Assembly: GCA_000165345.1 (NCBI GenBank)
Contig: CM000432.1
Location: 192,001-256,000 of the forward strand
Reading direction: 5' to 3'
Length of the DNA stretch: 64,000 bases
The stretch's first letter is position 1. The number at the start of each line of letters is the position of its first letter. The notes beneath the pieces were generated by a model. That model was not told the DNA's origin and did not search any database. It was given only the letters and a program-made list of their open reading frames with translations. The translations under genes and the position numbers were made by a program. Below are positions 9,537 through 22,800 of this stretch, piece after piece.

Positions 9537-11603
9537 ATGTTATTTCACCTAGGAGCGCTAACATGGTTGAGTTTATTTGCTCATTATGCAAAGCTTCAAA
9601 TGGATTCTATTGATTTTTCAGGAACCTCAGACCAAGATGAGTGCAGTATCCAATGTAATTTAAATTTTTTCCCATATTGTGCAACAAATGGGGTAACTTA
9701 TATAAATGAATGTTTTTATATGAGAGCAAGATGTTTAGATCCAAAAATTCAATTACAAAAGATGCCAGGAATACCATGTGGATTACTTGGATCAATGGAT
9801 GCAACTAAATATACTGGATGTGAGAAAGGGTGTGCTCCAGTAGAGTTTCCATATTGTGGTACAAATGGTGTAACTTATATAAATAACTGTGCATTGGATA
9901 TAGCTATGTGCGAAGATGCAAACATTCAATTGGCAAGATTACCAGGTTTAGCGTGTGGAAGTGAGACTAAATTTTCTATTTCAACTTCAGAATGCGAAGG
10001 ATTATGTTCAGAGCATTATATTCCCTATTGTGGTTCTGATGGAAAAACATATATTAATTATTGTGAATTTAGAAAGTCTAGATGCAGAGATCCAACTCTA
10101 TCAATTGTTGGTTTTCCAGGATTACCTTGTGAGAGTCAGATTTACGATGAAAAAGTTATTATTCAACAGACAAGAAAAATTGAATGTTTAAGAAAAAATA
10201 AATGTTCATCTATATTAATACCAATATGTGGATCAGATGGTGTAACTTATAGGAACCCATGCGAATTTAAGAGAGCAAGATGTAGAGATCCTAGTTTAAG
10301 AAGAGCAAATATACTTTTACCTTGTGGGAGTAAAATATCTGATGGTGTTGAAAATATTATTGATAAAATGCCAAATACTACATCAACTGGAATTCATAAA
10401 TCATGTTGGTTTAAATGTACTAAAGTATGGGAATATCCATTATGTGGTTCAGATGGTATAACTTATAGTAGTTATTGTGAAATGAGAAATGCTTTATGTT
10501 TGGATCCAGATTTAAGACTTGTCAAAATTCCTGGAGTGAAATGTTCAGGTGATTTTCAATTTACTAATCCAATAGAAATTGATAAATGCAGGGATGATTG
10601 CCCATTTGGTAAGACATTATCATATATATGTGGAAGTGATAATAAGACATATTTTAGTTACTGTGAATTTAGTAATGAAATGTGTAGAAATCCTGAATTA
10701 TATTTAGCAAAGCCTATGGGATTTCCATGTAGAGAGGAAGATAGAAATAAAGATCTGGAATCTGTAGCTAAAGAGTATCAGACTATGGATGAGGTATATT
10801 TTGGCATTACAAATTTCAAATCTAATGCTTTTGAGGAAAAGATTGAAGAATCAAGAATGACAGAAAATTCTGTTATTGTAATAAATAATGCAAATTTACA
10901 AGAAGAAATCAGAAATGGAATAGAAAAGAATTCTGGTTTATTATTTGATAATAAAATTTACAATAGTAATAATTATAACCATATTGAGACTAATAATACA
11001 TTACATAAGAATATTACTAATATGCTTGGCTATGAGGTTCATATGTTAAATCATGGATTAGAGACAACTAATTGTGAATTTGATTGTAGTCATTCACCTA
11101 GAATGGCTCATTGTGGCAGTAATATGTTAACATATCCTTCAGGATGTGCATTTCATAGAGATCAATGTAGAAATCCAAAATTACAGCTTGTTGCAGAGCC
11201 AGGAATACCATGCTCAGAATTGGGAAATTTTAGGATTACTCAAGAAAAGATGCAGGAATGTTTGAGGGATTGTACTCATTCTCAGAAAGTTTATCATTGT
11301 TTGAATACTGGAGAAACTATATATAGTTATTGTGAATTTCTTTATCTACAATGTTTAATTTCTGGATATAGAATAATTGGACATGCGGGAATTCCATGTG
11401 ATGATATAAGTGAATACAGGTATTATAAGAAATCATCAAATGAGAGTTCTATTGATAATAGTAAAACAAATGATTTTAATGTTGGTGGTGGTGATTATCT
11501 TGAAAATAAAGAACGTGAATTTCAGAAGAAGATCAGAGAAATGCTTAATGAGATACCTTCTTATGAATATACTGGTTTAAATAGAATCAATCACAATTAT
11601 TAG
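9537..11603 (+). CDS. secreted multi-Kazal-domain serine protease inhibitor-like protein (about 8 Kazal repeats)
   Basis: 688 aa with an N-terminal signal peptide (MLFHLGALTWLSLFAHYAKL). There are eight repeats of the Kazal signature C-x(n)-PxCG[ST][DN]G.TY.N.C-x(n)-C, for example PYCGTNGVTYINNC, PICGSDGVTYRNPC and PLCGSDGITYSSYC. Confidence 0.8.
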   Translation: MLFHLGALTWLSLFAHYAKLQMDSIDFSGTSDQDECSIQCNLNFFPYCATNGVTYINECFYMRARCLDPKIQLQKMPGIPCGLLGSMDATKYTGCEKGCAPVEFPYCGTNGVTYINNCALDIAMCEDANIQLARLPGLACGSETKFSISTSECEGLCSEHYIPYCGSDGKTYINYCEFRKSRCRDPTLSIVGFPGLPCESQIYDEKVIIQQTRKIECLRKNKCSSILIPICGSDGVTYRNPCEFKRARCRDPSLRRANILLPCGSKISDGVENIIDKMPNTTSTGIHKSCWFKCTKVWEYPLCGSDGITYSSYCEMRNALCLDPDLRLVKIPGVKCSGDFQFTNPIEIDKCRDDCPFGKTLSYICGSDNKTYFSYCEFSNEMCRNPELYLAKPMGFPCREEDRNKDLESVAKEYQTMDEVYFGITNFKSNAFEEKIEESRMTENSVIVINNANLQEEIRNGIEKNSGLLFDNKIYNSNNYNHIETNNTLHKNITNMLGYEVHMLNHGLETTNCEFDCSHSPRMAHCGSNMLTYPSGCAFHRDQCRNPKLQLVAEPGIPCSELGNFRITQEKMQECLRDCTHSQKVYHCLNTGETIYSYCEFLYLQCLISGYRIIGHAGIPCDDISEYRYYKKSSNESSIDNSKTNDFNVGGGDYLENKEREFQKKIREMLNEIPSYEYTGLNRINHNY

Positions 11604-11657
11604 TAATTCAATAAGATCTTAATGGGGGAGAAAAAATTCGCATATTTATTAATATAT

Positions 11658-12468
11658 TCATTGTTTATAGTATAATGAAATTGCTTCCATAAACTAAAAA
11701 TCAAAGCAAATTAAAATAATTATAGTAATTGTAATATATATCATATTTATTATAATAAAGAACAAACTTACCACTTTAATTCTGGCTTTAATGGAAGAAA
11801 TATCATGATTTAACTTTTCAATTTTACTAATAAATAACAAGAGAGAGAGATAAGAAGAGTATTATTATTATTTTTTTAATAAATTAATAAATAATTTGAA
11901 CTTACCTATGTTCAAATTCTTGTTTAAGACTTAATATATTAGGAATTTCATCGAGATTAAGTTCAAGAAAGAATCCAAATGAAAGTTCTACACATATCTT
12001 GGATAAATCAGGGCTGAAAAAGAAAGAATTCCAGAATATAGTATTAAAAATTGTGTTCATAAATATTTATTAGCAATATTATAATTATGAAAAATTGAAA
12101 AGATGTCCAAAAGTTAAACTTACATGAGAGTATCAACATAAACATCACATCCAAGATTTGTTCTTGTATTTAACTCGCTTAAATTCATCTCTTTAAAGAT
12201 TGAAACATTTCTTTCAAGCTTTTGTCTGTATTAACAAAAAATGAGAAATTAGAAGAAGAAGAGGAGGAAGAAAAATTTGATCAAATCATAATTAGAAATA
12301 ATTTCAAATTAAATTTTAAGCTTTAAATCTCTATTTCACTTACATTTCCTGGATTTTAACCAAAACTTCTTCTTTTTGCTTTAAAAGATTTTCAAGATCT
12401 TTCTGAAGTACATTTTCAAGAAAATCCTCATATTTATGAATTTCCTCTATTTGTTCATCTGCATTCAT
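11658..12468 (-). CDS. UXT: UXT (prefoldin-like) homologue, 5-exon gene missed by the ORF track
   Basis: Proposed exons (minus strand) are 12344-12468, 12124-12225, 11906-12013, 11772-11826 and 11658-11693. All four donors are GTAAGT and the acceptors are cag/cag/tag/tag. The spliced product reads MNADEQIEEIHKYEDFLENVLQKDLENLLKQKEEVLVKIQEIQKLERNVSIFKEMNLSELNTRTNLGCDVYVDTLIPDLSKICVELSFGFFLELNLDEIPNILSLKQEFEHSKIEKLNHDISSIKARIKVFMEAISLYYKQ*. It aligns well with UXT (VLRYETFISDVLQRDLRKVL...[35 protein letters not shown]). Confidence 0.7.
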
Positions 12469-13092
12469 ATTCAAATTAATATTAATGCAAAATTCTTTTA
12501 GTTAAATTAAATCTTTTTTTATTATATTCCTATTTCTAACTTTAATTTCCTTTTATTTATCCTTATTCAATAACAAGAATTTGTTCAGATTAAACTAATA
12601 AGTAAGTTTGATCTGTAATAATTCTCACACACAAATATTTCCTTATATATTTCATAAACAAAATTTTTTTATTAAGGTACTGATATTAATATTAAGGATG
12701 GTTCACTATTTCCCGCCAAAAAAAAAAAATCAGTTAATTTATATATTAATTAATTGAATAATACAAAGTAGGATATTGGATGTAGGAAGAAAGGATTATT
12801 GTAAATAAATATTTCATTTTAACTTAATTATTTTAACATTAAAGTTTTTATAATGTACAAATTTATTTACATAGAAAGAAATTATTTTGTATGATTATAA
12901 GAATTTTCTTATATTATTAGTCAAAATATAATTTTCGAGGTTTTCCCGCCTTTTTTTTATAATGTTAATTCTAATTTTAACATGCACAAGAGAATGAATA
13001 GAAACGATTTAAAAGGGACAAAAAAAAAAAAAAGGAGAAGATTAAGAAAATAAGCATTAATTAAATCCAATTACCGATAAATTGAGTCAAGT

Positions 13093-13806
13093 TTAATTGG
13101 AGCTTATAGTGGACATATTTGCATCCAAATTCTCATTATTATTGGGATTGGAGGATTGAGATGTGGGACCTTGGGAAGAAGAAAGTTTTTGGCTATTTAA
13201 ATTTGAAATTTGAGAAGGTTTAGGAGAAGAGTTTGAGGATATTTGAGAATTAATAGAGTCTTGAGAGTCATTATTTGAACTCTTTTGTGAGTTTATTTGA
13301 TCTTCATCACAACAAGATGAAAGATTTTGATCTTCTTGTTTAGTATCCCAACCAATATTAAATCTAGTAAGTCTTGGAGATTCACTAAGAATAATTCTTT
13401 GAAGTTTATCAAGAATTGGAATATCAGGTGGATTATCTTCAAGTAAGGGATCAGTGTAAACATTATGTACATAATATCCTATTCTGATAAATTCTTCATT
13501 TCTATAGGATCCAAGAATTAAAACTACTGCCATTCCATGTATATCTTCAGGAGGAATTTTTGTAAAATCTGGAGAAGGAGCTTTAAAAATAAATTTTAAT
13601 GCTCCTCTTGTTATAGGTCCTAAGGCAATACAATCAAGTTCTTGGTCCATATCTTTAGATTCTGCACAACTAATATATACAATTTTCCATTCAAGATCTT
13701 CTTCTAGATTTTGTAGACATTCAAAAGAAATTTCAAATTCGAAAGGATCTGTAATTTCTGTTGGATTCTTAAAAACTTTAACTGAAGTTACATTTACTAG
13801 TGACAT
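13093..13806 (-). CDS. ASF1: histone chaperone ASF1 with a Ser/Asn/Gln-rich low-complexity tail
   Basis: 237 aa. The N-terminal ~155 aa (MSLVNVTSVKVFKNP...EFEISFECLQNLEEDLEWKIVY...GYYVHNVYTDP) is the conserved ASF1 fold. Confidence 0.88.
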   Translation of the reverse strand: MSLVNVTSVKVFKNPTEITDPFEFEISFECLQNLEEDLEWKIVYISCAESKDMDQELDCIALGPITRGALKFIFKAPSPDFTKIPPEDIHGMAVVLILGSYRNEEFIRIGYYVHNVYTDPLLEDNPPDIPILDKLQRIILSESPRLTRFNIGWDTKQEDQNLSSCCDEDQINSQKSSNNDSQDSINSQISSNSSPKPSQISNLNSQKLSSSQGPTSQSSNPNNNENLDANMSTISSN

Positions 13807-14247
13807 TTTTTTTTTTCTATATTTTTTATATTTCTATTTATCACTATATCTTTCTTTTCTTTATTATTTAATTTATTTCTTCCTCTCCTCTATAACTTCT
13901 TTTCCACAATATTTAATATCTTATCTTATAAATTTAGCTAATGAATTTAAATTCTTAAGGTAACAATTCCAACAAAACCATTCACAATTAAAACAAAAAA
14001 TCTGTAATTACTTGAGAGAACACACAAATAATTACTTGCTTAGATATAAAATATATTACATTTATATATAATGAATATTTTCAAGTTTATCTATGCTTTC
14101 TTAAATATTAAAAGTTCAGAAACTTGTAATCTATATATATAAATATATATATTATCTTTTTGTTTCACTTATTTTTTTTTTTTTTCCCTCTATAAAGTAA
14201 ATATATTTAATCTTAATATAAAAATAAAATATATTTTTTTTTGGTGT

Positions 14248-14266
14248 TTGGGCGGGCTTCCCCCAA
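14248..14266. promoter_or_regulatory. E2F-like site TTTGGGCGGGCTTCCCCC in the divergent ASF1 / repeat-protein intergenic region
   Basis: The only GC island in a roughly 900-bp region that is about 90% AT. ASF1 is a classical S-phase/E2F target in other eukaryotes. Confidence 0.4.
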
Positions 14267-14723
14267 ATATAATTAATTAATAATTTTTTTCGTGATCTAA
14301 GCGAGGTTGTAAAATAAGGACAAAAGTAAAAATATAAAATAAATGATAAATTAAGAAAATAATGATAATAAAAGTAGGATTAAATAATATTATTTGATGA
14401 ATATTAGTAGCAATTAGAATAGTATTTCAAAACTATATTTGAAGATTTAATCCAAATTGGATGAGTTTTCTTATAATTGTTTTTTTTTTTCATTATATTT
14501 AATAAAAGGTACCGACTAATTAATTCAGTGGGGGGTAAACACAAATTTTTTTTTTTTTTTAAATTTAAAATATTAATTTATAAATATTCTAGATTTAATT
14601 AATCCGAGTTAAAATCAAGATAGATATTTATAGATATATATTAAAATAATAATAAATTATAATATAAATAAATAAATATATTAAAAAGTAATTATTATGT
14701 AAGATTAAAAAATAGTATAAAAT

Positions 14724-19043
<4,320 letters not shown>

Positions 19044-19122
19044 TATTAGCTCTATATATAATACTCGAATTTCAGTATCAAAGTAATACTTTAATTTATA
19101 TTTATAAAACTATTATTCATTC

Positions 19123-19145
19123 TTTTTTTTTTTTTTTTTTTTTTT
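19123..19145. repeat. poly(T) tract of 23 nt just 3' of the repeat-protein gene
   Basis: Seen directly. Long homopolymer tracts are common in the intergenic DNA of this window. Others are a(16) at 30696-30712 and t(17) near 14541. Confidence 0.9.
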
Positions 19146-19295
19146 AAATAAATTAATTCCCATTTTAATAAATATTTTATTCCCCACTTATTTATATATA
19201 TAATATAAATTATTTACACGTAATTATTATTTAAATGACGTGGGTTAATACCGCCAAAATATTTTATATTATTTCTTGTGGACTGAAAAAGTATT

Positions 19296-19328
19296 TGCAT
19301 GCATGCAAAAAATTGGTATACCGGTATT
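19296..19328. promoter_or_regulatory. TTGCATGCATGCAAAA plus GGTATACCGGTATT palindromes upstream of TOP2
   Basis: A double GCATGC (AP2-type motif in apicomplexans) and an ACCGGT palindrome lie about 520 bp 5' of TOP2. CGCCAAAA (19250s) and CTTGTGGAC (19276-19284) lie just upstream. Confidence 0.4.
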
Positions 19329-19839
19329 AACAAAAATTACATAAAAATAATTAAATTATAAGGGAGGGAAAATATTTTATTAATAATTAATGAAAAATAA
19401 TAATAAAAATTTTTAATATTAAATATAAATACTAAAAAAGTATTGTATAAAAAAAAAAAACAAAGATTTTGAATAATAAATATAACTTTTTTTTTCTTTC
19501 ATTCCTCCTCCACTCTCTTTTTTTTTTTAACTAGTATTATAAAGATATAAAGAGAAATACTAATGCAAATATATCAAATATAAGTAAGTTTAATATAAAA
19601 AAAGAAGAAAAATAAGAATAAGGAAATATATTAATATTTACAGATATTATAAAAAAAATATATATTAAAGTAAATAAATAAGATATGTTGTAATATATAA
19701 ATATATATGTATATATATATATGTATTTATTTATTTATTTATATTTAAATAAAAGTTAATCATTACAAATAGAAAATAAAGATAAAGATAATAAAATAAG
19801 AATCAAATAACTATTAATATTAATATTTAAAAAGAAAAG

Positions 19840-22800
19840 ATGATTTTAGAAGAAAATCAATTAGAAAATAATGAATTAATTAGTAATAGTAAAATAACAA
19901 GTAAACCAAAAATGGTAAATAAATCAAAAAAAACAGTTGAAGAAAGATATCAAAAAAAAACACAAATTGAACATATATTACTAAGACCTGATACATATAT
20001 TGGAAGTACAGAATTTCATGAACAAGCATTATGGGTTTGGGATGATTCAAATATGAAAATGGTCTATAAGACCATTAATTATGTACCTGGTTTATATAAG
20101 ATTTTTGATGAAATCTTAGTTAATGCTGCTGATGTTAAAGCTAGAGAAATTTCAACTAAAAATAATCATATTTTTGAAAAATGTACTTGTATTAAAGTTG
20201 AAATTAATAGAGAAAAAAAAGAAATTACTGTATTTAATGATGGAGAAGGAATACCAATTGAAATACATAGAGAACATCAAGTATATGTTCCAGAATTAAT
20301 TTTTGGACATTTATTAACTTCTGATAATTATGATGATAATGAAGATAGAGTTACTGGAGGAAGAAATGGTTTTGGAGCAAAACTTACTAATATATTCTCT
20401 AAAGAATTTAAAGTAGAATGTGGTGATAATAATACTGGAAGAATCTTCAAAATGACTTGGTATGATAATATGTCCAAAAAAAGTGAAGAAAATATTAAAG
20501 AAAATTACTCAGGAAAATCTTATGTTAAAATTACTTTTAAACCAGATTTATCAAGATTTGGTAATATGAAAGATTTTGATGATGATATTATTTCATTACT
20601 AAATAAAAGAGTTTATGATATTTCTGGTACTTCTGGTGTTAAAGTATATTTAAATGGTTCTTTAATTCCTATTAAAGATTTTAAATCATACACATTACTT
20701 TATTTAAAATCAAGAATGAACAATACTAATAATATTGAAAACAATAATAATAATAATAATAATAATGAAAAGAAAACAAGTACAACAAGAACATTAAGAA
20801 ATACAAACAAAAAAAATATGTCGAAAAATAATAGTTATGATGATGAATTTGAAAATTACAATGTTGAAAATGAAGATGAATATGATAATAATTTTGAAGA
20901 AGATATTATGGAAGATGATGAATGGGATGATGAACCTAAATCATCTAAGAAAAAAAACTCAAATTCAAATTCCAAGAAGAAAAAATTAGGACAAAATGGT
21001 AATGGATCATCATCTTCATTAATATTATCCGGTGGAGGAGGTAGTGATACAAACTCTCCTCTAATAATATATGAAAGTGTTCCAAAATGGGAAATTGTTA
21101 TTAGTGAATCTGATGGAGGACAATTTCAACATGTATCTTTTGTTAACTCAATTTGCACAATTAAAGGAGGAACCCATATTTCTTATGTATTAGATCCTTT
21201 AATCAATGCTATTCTTAAAAAAGTTCAAACTAAAAATAAAGGTGGAATGGATGTTAAAAGTAACCACGTTAAAAATCATATATGGATCTTTATTAAATGT
21301 CTTATTGTAAATCCCTCATTTGACTCTCAAACTAAAGAAACTTTAACAACAAAAGTTTCAAAATTTGGATCAGTATGCACATTATCTGAGAAAACTATTA
21401 ATAGTGTCGTAAAAAGTTCAATTGTTGAAAATGTATTAATGTGGGCTCAACTTAAACAAAGTATGGAATTAAAAAAGAAAATGAAATCAAACCAAAAAAA
21501 TACAGTAACTAGCAGACTTTTAGGAATCCCAAAACTTGAAGATGCAAACGAAGCTGGTGGACCCCATTCTAAAAAATGTACTCTTATACTTACTGAAGGT
21601 GATTCTGCTAAAACTTCTTGTCTTGCAGGATTATCTATTGTTGGTAGAGACTATTTTGGAGTATTTCCACTACGTGGTAAACTTTTAAATGTTAGAGAAG
21701 CTTCATTTAAACAACAAATTGGTAATGTTGAAATACAAAATATTCTTAAAATATTGGGATTAGGTATTGGACAAAAATATGATAATGGACCAGTCAATTT
21801 AAGATATGGTTCTTTAATGCTAATGACTGATCAAGATCATGATGGTAGTCATATTAAAGGACTCATTATTAATTTAATACATTATTATTGGCCAAGTTTA
21901 ATTCATTTTAGAGGATTCTTAAAACAATTTGTAACTCCTATTGTTAAAGCTAAAAAAGGATCTAATGAAATCTCGTTCTTTACTTTATATGAATATGAAC
22001 AATGGAGAAAGAATAATTCATCAAACTTAAATGGATGGAGATTCAAGTATTATAAAGGTTTAGGTACATCTACAGATCTTGAATTTAAAGAGTATTTTAC
22101 AAAGATTGAAAATCATAGTATTGAATTTGATTGGATGGATGATCAAGATGATGAAGCCATTGATATGGCATTTAGTAAGAAAAGAACTGAAGATAGAAAG
22201 AACTGGATTGAATCTTATAAAGAAGGAACTTATGTTGATTATTCTATTAATAATCAATGCAGAAATTTAAGATATTTTGATTTTATTCATAAAGAACTTG
22301 TATTATTTAGTAGATATGATACTACTAGATCTATTCCAAATTTATTAGATGGTTTAAAACCTGGACAAAGAAAAGTACTTTTTGCAACATTTAAAAAAAA
22401 GCTTAATAATGAACTTAAAGTTGCACAATTAGCTGGTTATGTTGCTGAACATAGTGCTTATCATCATGGAGAATCATCATTGCAAAGTACTATTGTTAAT
22501 ATGGCTCAAAATTTTGTTGGAAGTAATAATCTAAATCTATTAGAACCATGTGGTCAATTTGGTAGTAGAAAAGAAGGTGGAAAAGATGCAAGTGCTGCTC
22601 GTTATATATTTACTAAGCTATCTAAATGGACTAGATATATTTTCCCAGAGGCTGATGATCCTTTATTAACTTATTTATATGATGATGGACAACAAATTGA
22701 ACCTTTATATTACGTTCCAATAATTCCAATGATTTTGGTAAATGGTACTGATGGAATTGGTACAGGTTGGAGTAGTTCAGTTCCTAACTATAATCCAAAA

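Noticed and set aside
12690-12730. tRNA-like GGTTCAC near TTTCCCGCC at about 12700
   Set aside because: There is no cloverleaf. The acceptor stem and anticodon arm cannot be formed. The GC island is better explained as an E2F-like site.
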